A DNA stretch of 63,763 nucleotides, filler included, from Guillardia theta CCMP2712 (Eukaryota; Protista; Cryptophyta): the NCBI RefSeq assembly GCF_000315625.1. It is 9 parts of 9 records of this genome, joined end to end, with 100 filler letters (N's around TTAATTAATTAA, not from the genome) between each part and the next. Parts side by side here need not be neighbours in the genome. Positions count along the whole stretch, not along the records: positions 49,458 to 58,206 come from NW_005434592.1; positions 58,307 to 62,336 come from NW_005434140.1; 7 more parts are not named here. The stretch is one strand, 5' to 3'. The translations under genes were made by a program, and so were the position numbers. The notes below the pieces were generated by a model, which saw only the letters and a program-made list of their open reading frames with translations, ran no database searches and had not been told where the DNA came from. Of the stretch, positions 49,555-60,249 are shown piece after piece. Positions within the stretch are counted from its first letter, which is position 1, and each line of letters begins with the position of its first letter.

Positions 49555-51910
49555 CGACCCGTCGATGAGTCAACGGAGGCGTCAAGGGCGTTTGCTATCC
49601 TTACGTGCACCGCGTACTGCCAGCGCCCTCAGCTCTCCCCTCTTGTCCCTCCCGTACCGACATGCCCGACGACGGAGGCGTTGAAGTAGACCATCGGCCC
49701 CGCCAGCTCCTCATGAGGCTCCACCTGGAGAGCAAGTTGGAAAGTTTCCTGCCCTGCCCTCCTTTTCTCCCCTCTCCTGCTCTCTCCTGCTCTCTCCTGC
49801 CCTTCCCCCTTCTCGGACCCAATCTCTCTTCTCTCCCCCTTCTCGCCCTCCCCCATGCTGCTCTGCTTCGTAACGCGTCTAATTCCTCCCACCATCTCAT
49901 CCTCTTTCCCTCCTCCCCCTTTAATTCCTCCCACCATCTCATCCTCTTTCCCTCCTCCCCTCCCCCTTCCCCCCGATCTCCATCACTCGCACAACCTCTG
50001 CCTCTCTCGTCTGCCCCGTGTGCAAGTCCTGCACGTCAACTGCCACAGCATGAGCAGCCCACGAGCATCTCCCGCCCGACCTGAGGCCTTGATCATCCCT
50101 CCCTGGTCCTGCAGCAAGTTCCCATTCCTGTCCCTCAGCTGTGCAGCAGCAGGGCAGGGCGATGACGTCATCAGCTTCACAAGGACATGCGACATGTAAC
50201 TGCTGACCTGGATCAGGAAGAAGCTCTTCTCAGTTGCCTCTATCAGCGGCGCCACCCCAGGTCCCTTGACTGTGCATGCCGCAGGATGGACCTGCCCTGC
50301 CGCTCAGCCTCCTCCCCCTCCTCGCTCGCACTCGCCGTCGCGCGTAGCCGGAAAGAGTCGAAGACGTCCCTCGTCTTCCTGTCCTTGCAGACGTGAACAG
50401 CTTTCCGCCCCTGGAGGAAGGAGGAGGTGAGCCGAGGAGGCGGGGCAGGAGCGCAGGCAGCACATGCTTGTCTCGGATGCTCACGTCTGCACCCTCGCCT
50501 ATCAACAACCTGTGCATGATGCGCTTGTCACTTGTTGGTGTTGGGACTCATCCCCCCTCCCCCCCCCCCCTCCTTCCCCCCTCGCACCTCACGGTCGTGG
50601 TGTGTCCGCCTTCGGACGCCAGGTGGAGGGCGCACGAGTGATCCTGACGGGGAGCGAGTGAAGGAGGCAAAGGACAAACTTTGTCTCACCTTTCCCGCCT
50701 GTGAGTCGATGATCGAGCCCGCGGCCAGGAGTGCCTGGGAAGAACATCATCGTCCTCCTCCTCCTCCTCCTTTTCATCATCATCATCTCCATCCTCAACT
50801 TTCTGATCCTCCTCCCCATCTCCAGTTTCACCACCACAAGGGTATCCTCCCTCCCTCTCCTCCCTCCCTCCCTCTCCTCCGTCCGTCCGTCCCTCTTGCT
50901 ACATTTCACTGCGCCCTTCGGCTCACCTTGCACACCGAGTTGTGTCCGTGTATTGCGGCAAGGTGCAGGGGCGTCAGGTAGTGCTGCCCTTGGATCTCTG
51001 CGTTCACCTGCGGGGCATCTCAGAAGCAGGAGGGAGGCAAACTCGACGCACGTTCGCCCCTTCTCGATCATGAGCTCAACGCAAGCTGCGTCCCCCTTCA
51101 TGTTACAGTCAGTGCTACTCATTCTCCCGCCTCCTTCCTCCCGCCTTCCGCCTGCTGCTTCTCGCATCCCACCTCCCGCCTCCCCACTCCCACCTCCCAC
51201 CTCCTTCCTCCTTGCCTTCCTTCTCCCTTCCGTCTCCTCCGATTCCCGAGATCCTCGCTTCCTTTCCTCACCTTCTCAGCAGCGAAGTGCAGCGGAGTCT
51301 TGCCAGTATGATCGCAGACGTTGACATCTGCCCCCATCTCGATCAACCGGAAGACAACCTCGTAATGCCCGTTGAAGATTGCTTTCTTCAGCGCAGAGTC
51401 TCCGTATCTGCCATGGGCCATCATCCCCTCCCCTCCTCCTACTCTCCCTTCCCTCCCTCCCTCTTCTCCCTCCCTCCTATCCCTCCCTCCTCTCCCTCCC
51501 CATCCTTCTTTGCCTGTCCAGAGCGTTGACGTCTGCCCTACAGTCGATGAGGAAGTTGAGTATCTGCGGGCAGAAAGTGTCAGAAGGCAGCAAGCTGGCA
51601 GGGCAGGAGGCAAGAGACCTCCATGTGGTTGTACGCTGCCACCCTGTGGAGCGGCGTTTGCCCTGAAGCATCCTCCCGCAGAGCCCTGTTCCTGTCGACG
51701 TTGACGAGGCCCTGGCAGAGGGGTGAGGAGCGGGTGAGACGCCTCATGGCGGACCTTTACGGCCTCGAGGTTCCCCGTCCTGCACGCGTTCTCCATGTCT
51801 CACTCCGGGATGATCGTTGCTCACGATCGCGCTCTCCGCTATCGGATCATCTCTGCTTGTCGCTGTGTAGATGCCAACCTTGACCTAGCCCTCTCCTCCT
51901 CGTCTCATGG
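49555..51910 (-). CDS. Ankyrin-repeat protein, multi-exon, 3' truncated
   Basis: NACRTGNLEAVK; GQTPLHRVAAYNH; YGDSALKKAIFNGHYEVV..GADVNVCDHTGKTPLHFAA; GHTTT; GADVSIRDK; GRAALRLATA. Confidence 0.85.
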
Positions 51911-52237
51911 CTTGTTCTGATGTGCTCTGCTCTGCTCTGCTCTGCTCTGCTCTGCTCTGCCCTGCTCTGCTCTGCTCTGCTCCTTCGCTTGCTCTTTCTA
52001 GTTTCACTTTCCGTCCCTCAAGCCGGTTGTTTCCCAAGCCAATCAAACCTGTACCCTAATGAGGGTGGTAATTCAAATGAGGGGTAATCAAGAAACAATG
52101 CCTATACTGGGGGTACATGAACTACCTTCTTTCTTCTGAACATGGGGGTTAGTGTAAAACAGAATGGGTAGGGGGTAGTATTCATGGGGTGCTGTGATGA
52201 CTGGTGCTCGGTGATATAAGGGTAGTGAGGGTTCGCA

Positions 52238-53954
52238 ATGGCGAGGGCCAAGTGCAGGATGGCGGCGACGATGATCGCTTGCTTGATGGCCATGGTGATG
52301 TCAGAAGGGAAGGTGCCGGTACCAGCGAGCAGAAGGACGGCAGTAGACTCGAGCATGCTGAGCAAGACAAGAGGCCTCTTGTACGTTAGCCCGATCCACA
52401 TGTCATGGTCCCTTCCAAGCTCCTCCTCGTCTCGTTCTCCTCCTGCAGCTCGGGATCGCCCGATTGCACAGAGGATCCCAGGGGTAACGGACCAAGGGAA
52501 GAAGCTGCGAGGGCTCCCAAGGGCTAGCAGGCGGTACTCGCTGACTGCTCTCAAGACCTCAGCTCAGGCATCGCAATGGCGGGAGGTGCAGGATCCGGTA
52601 GATGCACCTCCCTCCTCATCCTCCCCCTCCTCCTCCTCCTCCTCCCCTTCCTCCTCCTGATCCTCCCAGTCCGCATACGCCACTCATACTATCTTCACGT
52701 GTCTATACAAGCTCTCCATCGCCTGCTCGTGGGGTCGTCTTATCGCGCTGACATTCCATTCCTCAGGCTTCGGGCTCTATGTACTATTGGAACGTGGAGA
52801 CTGGGGAGACTACCTGGGATGTTCCAGCAGCGTTTTCACCCTCCTCCTCCCAGTCGCAGGCGGCTCAGTCCAGCTCCAGCGATGTGCCAGTGCAGATCAG
52901 AGTGTCAGACGACTACAAAGTGATCGAGGACTGCGCCGCGTTCTTCCTCGACTCGTTCTGGGAGCACAGCACCTCTATGGGGCCCCAGACGTTTGACGCC
53001 GCACAGAAGCGAGAGCTGCTGGAGTGTCAGAGGCAGGACCTTCAAGAGAGGCTCGTGCCTTGCGGGGCCCTCGGTGTCGAGTGACTCGGTGGCGGCAGGT
53101 ACGGAAAGCTGGTAGGGGAGAGGAAGTTGAAGTCAAGCCTGTTGCTGGTTCAAGGCAACAACGGAATGATCCAGGCCTGCTGCGGCATCGAGGTGTCTGT
53201 CGTTGATAAGGAGGACATCACCGTCCTGTCCAGGTTTGTCTCCTCTGACTCCTTGAGAGCTTGTTGAAATTGGTTGTATGTGCCCACCAGGGAAAGGGGC
53301 GAGAACATGCTCAAAGGCGGGCTGTCGGCCCTGGGCGGGCGAGCAAGGAACGAGCTGAGTAAGAGGACGAGGGTAGTTCCTCAGCGTGACTCGTTCGGCT
53401 GCAGGAAAAGCTCCTCTGATCGAGGTTGCGAATGCTGTTCTGCCGGAGAACTACGGGCTCATCCCTGTCTTGTCAAACCTTGCGGTGAGTCGATGTCATC
53501 CCCCCCCCTCCCCCCCCGCTCCTTCCCCACGCCCTCAACACTGGCAGGTGAGCGAGAGGAGCCGAGGTAGCGGTCTGGGGCGGAGGCTCTGCCAGGAGTG
53601 CGAGAGCATCGTGAAGAGTTGGGGTGAAATCACGGCGATGAACAGGAGGAGAAGTAACGGGCCGACGGAGCAGGTTTCCGAGAGATTTTCTTGCTGGTAG
53701 AAGAACAAAATGTTGCGGCACGAAAGTTGTACGAATCCCTTGGTTATCAGGTCCGTTGGTGTGACAGGCCCTGCCGGAAGTGACGATCTAACAGACTATC
53801 TGGAATCGTCCTGTAGACACCGTGAGAGTCTGCAAGCCCAAATCTGATGGGAGCTGTTTGGAGCTGAGGCCGGTGGCTGCTGCTTGATTGATCTGCTGTG
53901 CATTGACTGTTTGTCGCAGATCCCAACCATCGCAATGGTGAAACAGATCTTTTA
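52238..53954 (+). CDS. WW domain + GNAT acetyltransferase, N-terminal targeting-like sequence, multi-exon
   Basis: SQWREVQDP..LYYWNVETGETTWDVP (WW). PVLSNLAV..RSRGSGLGRRLCQECE and IFLLVEEQNVAARKLYESLGY (GNAT motifs A/B). Confidence 0.85.
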
Positions 53955-54037
53955 GATGAGTTGCAGCCTTCGCGAGTGGACACTAGTAAACCTGAGCCAA
54001 GGCAAGAGTGGGAGGACACGTGATGGCCTGGGATGTT

Positions 54038-55819
54038 TTAAGTTCGAGCTGCCTTAGGGAAGTTGAGGTATGGGAGCACTTGCGACAATGTGAAGTGTTC
54101 CAGGAGAAACTCATCTGCCCTCTTGGCTGCCTTCGAGGCAGATCTGAACTTGTCACTGATGTAGATCTTCTCCCTGCCTTGCATCATGTGACGCAGGCTG
54201 CTGTTGATATAAACGCGGGGCTGAAACATGCCGTCGGAGGTCTGGGTGATATTTCTGTAGCTGTACTTGTACGTTTCTGCCTTGGACTTGCTACTTGGTG
54301 GAGGCGCGTGATCCTGCTTATTTTGACCCTCCCCATCCACGCAGCTCTCAACCTTGACCCTCTTGCTCTTCCCCTGAGACGAGCCACCCGGCATCGAGTC
54401 CATCTGCATAGCCTTCCGAACAAGCTTCCAGCTGACGGCATTGCACTTGAACTCCAGAAGCAGCTCTTGCAGATGTTGCGGGTCTCCGCAGGCCTCAATT
54501 TTCTGCATCAGCACGGGATGGTTCCTAGTGAACCAAGACTCCTTCAGGCACTCCTCCTTGATCTCCCGCAGCAGCCATAGCATCTTGCTCTTGATCGACG
54601 AAAAGTTTGGTTTCATCTTCAGGTCTGACATCTTAGCCTCGAAGTTGTCCCAAACGTCTTCGCTGGTGGTTTTCATGACCGAGAACGGCAGTCTCTGTGA
54701 CAACTCTACCATCTCATCGACCACTCGATCTAGGAATGGGCAGACGCCCGATCGCGCCGTCCCATGCCTCAGCTTCGGAGGCTCATACTCGTGGACCACG
54801 GGCTCACTTGCTTCAGCAGGTTTCTCTTGGCTTCTCCTCTTGATTTGACTAGATCGCAAAGGCACCTGAGGAGCATCTGCCCCTTCCTTCTTGGCGATTC
54901 TCTCGCACTCTTCGGAGTCTGAGGGCTCAACCTTCACACCGACTGCTCTCGGCGTGTTCTCCTTGCTGCCGTCCGAGCTTCTTCGGTCCCTTCCAGTGTT
55001 ATCCTTGCCACTCACTCTCGCCCCCTTCGACTTCTTGCCACTGCTGCTCGGAGTTGGTCGAGCTTCCCTCTGGCCCTCCTCTTTCAGGCTCAACATGTCC
55101 TCATCCGGGTTGGATGCTTCAACGCCGCTGTCTGCCTCTCTGGTCACTGGGTCTTGCGCGACTTGAGGCTGTTGAGCCTCTTCTGTGTGCGCGGCATCCT
55201 CGCTCTCGTCTTCCGACGGCACAATCTCCATCCAATCGTCAATGATCTCCTCATCCCGAGCGTAGTCCTCCTCGAGTGACCGGCTGAGGCCAATGGAGTC
55301 ATACATCATCTGCACTAGCTCGTTGACGTAGCTCTCGTCCCCCCCCTCGAGGAGATACTTCCGTTTGCAGTTGGCCACTGACTTGTAGAGTTTCTGCATC
55401 GCCTGCTCCTTCAGCGCAGAAGCCTCGAAGAAGTCCAAGACACCATCTCGGGAGAGCTCCTTTATCATCGCACACTCTTCGTTGTAATCTAGCTTGTTTC
55501 TCTCCACGTTCTGCATCAGCTCCATCTTCAGCTTTGGCGCATCAAAGCCGTCTTCGGCTTGCGCATCTATCAGGCTCATGATGATCGGGTTGTTCGCCAT
55601 ATCGTATGCCTCAGGTCTCCACCAAGACTTCTTGCAGATCGGGCATGCTCTCCCTTGTTTACATTTCAGGTTGATGTCTGCCACACAGCTGCTACATATG
55701 GTGTGAGGACAGTTGGGCATGAGTTTGGGGAGAATCCCTTCTGCGCTCGAGAAAGCGTCGTTGCAACTTGGGCAGCGCAGAAGTTTTAAGATGTTTCTCT
55801 CTCTCTCTTCCATCGACAT
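54038..55819 (-). CDS. Intronless 593-aa protein: N-terminal C3HC4 RING, C-terminal AP2-like domain
   Basis: CPSC..CPHTICSSC..CPICK. C-terminus YRNITQTSDGMFQPRVY..KIYISDKFRSASKAAKRAD..LNFP. Confidence 0.8.
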   Translation of the reverse strand: MSMEERERNILKLLRCPSCNDAFSSAEGILPKLMPNCPHTICSSCVADINLKCKQGRACPICKKSWWRPEAYDMANNPIIMSLIDAQAEDGFDAPKLKMELMQNVERNKLDYNEECAMIKELSRDGVLDFFEASALKEQAMQKLYKSVANCKRKYLLEGGDESYVNELVQMMYDSIGLSRSLEEDYARDEEIIDDWMEIVPSEDESEDAAHTEEAQQPQVAQDPVTREADSGVEASNPDEDMLSLKEEGQREARPTPSSSGKKSKGARVSGKDNTGRDRRSSDGSKENTPRAVGVKVEPSDSEECERIAKKEGADAPQVPLRSSQIKRRSQEKPAEASEPVVHEYEPPKLRHGTARSGVCPFLDRVVDEMVELSQRLPFSVMKTTSEDVWDNFEAKMSDLKMKPNFSSIKSKMLWLLREIKEECLKESWFTRNHPVLMQKIEACGDPQHLQELLLEFKCNAVSWKLVRKAMQMDSMPGGSSQGKSKRVKVESCVDGEGQNKQDHAPPPSSKSKAETYKYSYRNITQTSDGMFQPRVYINSSLRHMMQGREKIYISDKFRSASKAAKRADEFLLEHFTLSQVLPYLNFPKAART

Positions 55820-56464
55820 ACGAGCGTGTACTGTTGGCAGCAGAAGTCAGTTTGAGCATGCTGGGGGCAGGCACACAGAAAGGAGTCTGAGACGTCCCTC
55901 TAGGAGCTGATTCTACCACACAAAGAGTCAAAGAGATGTTTCCAGGTTGAGTTTGCATTTCTCATCGCTCTGACCTGATCGTCTTCTAGTTACCATAAGC
56001 TCTCTGAAGACATCTCTTCATCTCCACCAGTCATCTTCCTTTCCTCACTACAACCCTCTTCCTTCCCCTCATCCATCCATTCTTTCCCGCCTCCGGCCTT
56101 GGGGGCTCGCCATCCGGCGGGCCTGATCAGTGCTCGGCTGGCCGGGCCCGGCATCCCACGGACACTTGAGTAAAAATATGGGTACTGCTATATTAGTAAT
56201 AGTCACGTACGGTCAGGCTCCCATGCTCCGACCCGGAGCTTCTGTTGCTAAAAATAGACTCCGGACCTCAACCGTTGCATGTTTGCCTATTTTCTCTCCG
56301 ACCCGCTAAAGATGTTCCCAGCCCCACCCCTTCAACTTGTTTCCTTCGGCAGCTCCTTCCCTACGCTCTCTGCTTCAATCGCTTGTTGGACAAATACCCC
56401 AACAGAACACGTCCTTTTCGTTTGATTCCTTCTGCTCTCTGCATTCCCGCGTCGAGTTGATCTC

Positions 56465-57304
56465 ATGTGCGATATCGAAGTCTTTGGCACAAGTGCTGAC
56501 CTCTGCGATATGTACTGGTCTCCATATGACGACGACATGCTCTCCCAACACCCCCAACCACCCTTCCTCTCCTCCCCTGCTCCCCCCCAGACGGAGCCTC
56601 CCTCCTGCCAAGATCGTCTCCAGCATGACAGCATCAGCTCTCAGATCTCCTCCGCCCGCGTCGCGCTCGTCTGCCCTCGCAAGAAGAAGGCAGGCCCTGG
56701 CCAGTCTCCCCGACAGCCCGACGACCCGGTCGTGCTGACGAGAGAGCTTCTGGAGGGCCTCTTCGATCGCTCGCTCGCTGCGGCATCGGAGGCGCTTGGG
56801 ATCTGCCCTACGGCCATCAAGAAAGCCTGCAGGAGGCTCGGGATCGACAAGTGGCCTTTCAAGGGGCCGGCAGGGAGGTCCAGCAAGCCACCTACCCCGC
56901 CATCCTCGTCGGCCATGTCGGGAGGGTGTGTGGCATCGGTGGAGGTGTCAGCGTGCGAGGACCTGCCGCTATCAAGCCATGGCGCCTCGTCGTGCATGCT
57001 TGAGACTGCAGGCCCAAGCGATGGCACTGCTTGTCAAGACCTCTCCATGGGCTCGACATGTCTTGCTTCGAGCAACTGTTGGAGGAAACAAATCGACGAT
57101 CCTCACTGCACGGAGACCCGCCATTGCCCTCTTCTGCTTCAACGCCGAGACTCTCTCGACAAGTACGCGTCCATGCTCACCGTACCTCCTGGAGAGGAGG
57201 GGCAAGGCGACGCCGTGTTCTGGAAGGAGCTGCTGGGGATGCTGCCGGAGGAGGTAAAGGGGAAGAGGGTGGATGTCGACTTTGACTTTACCTATGGTTC
57301 ATAA
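56465..57304 (+). CDS. RWP-RK domain transcription factor
   Basis: LTRELLEGLFDRSLAAASEALGICPTAIKKACRRLGIDKWPFK. Confidence 0.9.
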   Translation: MCDIEVFGTSADLCDMYWSPYDDDMLSQHPQPPFLSSPAPPQTEPPSCQDRLQHDSISSQISSARVALVCPRKKKAGPGQSPRQPDDPVVLTRELLEGLFDRSLAAASEALGICPTAIKKACRRLGIDKWPFKGPAGRSSKPPTPPSSSAMSGGCVASVEVSACEDLPLSSHGASSCMLETAGPSDGTACQDLSMGSTCLASSNCWRKQIDDPHCTETRHCPLLLQRRDSLDKYASMLTVPPGEEGQGDAVFWKELLGMLPEEVKGKRVDVDFDFTYGS

Positions 57305-57717
57305 ACTTGTATGTTCCGAATGCATGTGAAGGCAGTGCGTAGGGCAGCATGAGGGGGAGGGGGGTTTGAAGGAGGCGGAGATGATATTTCCAATACGTGT
57401 ATCGACCATGCGAGTTCACTCACAACTTGAACCCAAGTTGAAGCAAGTTCAGGATTGTTGGCTGATAGTGGCAAAGGTCCGACCCAGATACTATGATACG
57501 TACCAGCCCGGGCCAAGTCAGCAGGTCATGCCGCCCCAGAGCCTCCAAGGCCGGCAGATTGGCAACAAACACAGCCTGGACTTGAAGATGAAAATGACCA
57601 TGCTAAAGATAATGCTATGAGAAGGGGACTGAGCATGGAGTCCACCACCTCCTTCAAACCCCCCTCCCCTAACGCTGCATTACGCACTGCCGTCACATGC
57701 ATTCGGAACATACAAGT

Positions 57718-58201
57718 TTATGAACCATAGGTAAAGTCAAAGTCTACATCCACCCTCTTCCCCTTTACCTCCTCCGGCAGCATCCCCAGCAGCTCCTTCC
57801 AGAACACGGCGTCGCCTTGCCCCTCCTCTCCAGGAGGTACGGTGAGCATGGACGCGTACTTGTCGAGAGAGTCTCGGCGTTGAAGCAGAAGAGGGCAATG
57901 GCGGGTCTCCGTGCAGTGAGGATCGTCGATTTGTTTCCTCCAACAGTTGCTCGAAGCAAGACATGTCGAGCCCATGGAGAGGTCTTGACAAGCAGTGCCA
58001 TCGCTTGGGCCTGCAGTCTCAAGCATGCACGACGAGGCGCCATGGCTTGATAGCGGCAGGTCCTCGCACGCTGACACCTCCACCGATGCCACACACCCTC
58101 CCGACATGGCCGACGAGGATGGCGGGGTAGGTGGCTTGCTGGACCTCCCTGCCGGCCCCTTGAAAGGCCACTTGTCGATCCCGAGCCTCCTGCAGGCTTT
58201 T
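57718..58201 (-). CDS. Inverted duplicate of the RWP-RK gene (3' part; 5' part lost at scaffold end)
   Basis: The translated C-terminal region matches that of 56465-57304. Confidence 0.85.
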
Positions 58202-58329
58202 CATGANNNNNNNNNNNNNNNNNNNNNNNNNNNNNNNNNNNNNNNNNNNNTTAATTAATTAANNNNNNNNNNNNNNNNNNNNNNNNNNNNNNNNNNNNNN
58301 NNNNNNAGGAGAGGGAGGGAGCGGGTTGA

Positions 58330-59900
58330 ATCACTCTAAGAGACGGTAATGGAGGAGGAGCGGGAGCTCACCAGGCGTCCATGAGCGAACAAGGCGAAGA
58401 AGTTTTTCTGTGTTGCACTTTGAAGTATATTGAATGATGACAGCATAGAACCTGACAAAACATGAGAGGCAAGCAAATACCTCGATGCTACCTCGAATTA
58501 TCTGAGTTGCTGCAGTCCGTGTACACACATTCTCTGTTCTCAAACACGACCGTCTTGCATCTACAAAGTCATCAACGAAGGAGGCGAATATTGAACCATC
58601 AGAGAAGAAGAACGAGGGGGAGGAGCACAGGGCAAGCTGAATGGAACGGAGATGAAAGCAGCGTGAAGGACAGGCAAGAAAGAAGATGAGTTTTACGAAG
58701 AAGAAGGCGGAAGGAGGAGGGAAGGAGTCAAGGGAGCAGGACGAGGAAAGAGGACACAAGGAAGAAGGGAGGCAGGCAGGTAGGAAATTTCGTTCACAGG
58801 TGATGAATGCTTGGTGCTCCTGTATCGCAGTGAGTGTTGTCAGAGGAGAGGAGGAGGCTTACCGAGCAGCAGGCTTCGCTCCTCTAGCGTCAGATTGTAG
58901 TAGTGAGCAGGAACGCAGCTGCCGCTTGTCATTTGACCCTCACTCCTCATGCTCGACTACCGGAGCTGTACCGACAGCAAGCCGCTTCGTCTAGCTACAG
59001 CAGCCATGCGGCGAATGCAAGCAGCGAGTTCGAGCTGGAGGAGGGCGATCAGGAAAGAGAGGAAGAGAGGAGAGGAGGAGCAATAGGAGGAAAGTAGGAG
59101 GAAGAGACAAACAAGAGGAGAAGAGGAGAGAAGGAGAGGAAGAGGAGGTGGTCGAGTCAAGATCATGGTAAACGAAACCTCTCGCAACTCTTGCGACACC
59201 TCCTCCAGTGCATCAAGCTGTCCTGTCAACTTGGACAGCAGGGAACGAGCAGCTTCCTCCTCCCTCCCCTCCTTGCTTGTCATTCGCGCGGCTCTGAGCC
59301 ATCCCTGCTCGAACAGCATTGCCCATCTCCTACGGAAGCTCACGAGCGCACAAGTCGCGAGCTCCTCAACCTCGTTGCTTCTGAATGCCCTCCCGGCTGC
59401 TTCTCCTCGCATTCCAGCAGCCGTCGGATGTGCTGCATCCAAGTGGGGAGCTGAAAGAAGCGGGTGCTCAAGGTTCTACCTGGGCGAGCGCAGCACACGC
59501 ATCCTCCAGGTCCTCACGGAGAACTTCAGTGAGCGCGAGTCCGAGCATGCGCTCAACCCTAACCAGATGAAGGAGTTGAAAAACAGTCACCCTCCTTCCT
59601 CTCCTCCTCCCAGATACCTAACGAGCTCCTCATCATCGCCGTTTCCAGTCCTCTCCTTTCCTCTCCCTCGCTCCTCACTGCCAGTCAAGTCCTGACTGCT
59701 CTTCGCCCTCTTGCCCTCCAACTCGTCGGCGACATCTCGCAGCATCTCGTCTGCATCATGCATTCCTCCTCGCACCCGGAGCGATGAGCTGACGGCGAGC
59801 TCCAGGACCTCCTCGAGCCTGCGCTCCGAGATGAGGACACGAAGTGAGACGTGGAGGAGACGAGGACTGAGCAGGACAACAGCAGCAAGACGAGACCAAG
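58330..59900 (-). CDS. Multi-exon hypothetical helical protein
   Basis: Coding-like exons (ISERRLEEVLELAVSSSL..; SFRRRWAMLFEQGWL..LDALEEVSQELRE). No family recognised. Confidence 0.4.
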
Positions 59901-60030
59901 CAACAAGGAAACACAATTGATGGATACATGAGGAAGTAGAGCAAGACTGCTGCATGGCAAATGGTGGAAGGCATGGGAAAACAAGATACAACAAGGAAAA
60001 AGGATACGTGCAAGGATGGTGTCTGCAAGA

Positions 60031-60248
60031 TGTTATGCTTGTACATCATACGTCACTGAGATAGCATCTCACACATGTTATGCTTGTACATCATACGTAA
60101 CTGAGATAGCATCTCACACATGTTATGCTTGTACATCATACGTCACTGAGATAGCATCTCACACATGTTATGCTTGTACATCATACGTCACTGAGATAGC
60201 ATCTCACACATGTTGTGCTTGTACATCACACATCACTGAGAAGCATCG
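60031..60248. repeat. 45-bp tandem repeat, ~4.8 copies
   Basis: Unit tgttatgcttgtacatcatacgtcactgagatagcatctcacaca at 60031, 60076, 60121, 60166 and 60211. Confidence 0.95.
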
Positions 60249-60249
60249 C

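Noticed and set aside
60031-60248. CRISPR-like appearance, and the CYAC-repeat 'zinc finger' ORF at 60016-60462
   Set aside because: Units are contiguous with no spacers, there are no cas genes, and the context is eukaryotic. The peptide periodicity just reflects the 45-bp unit.
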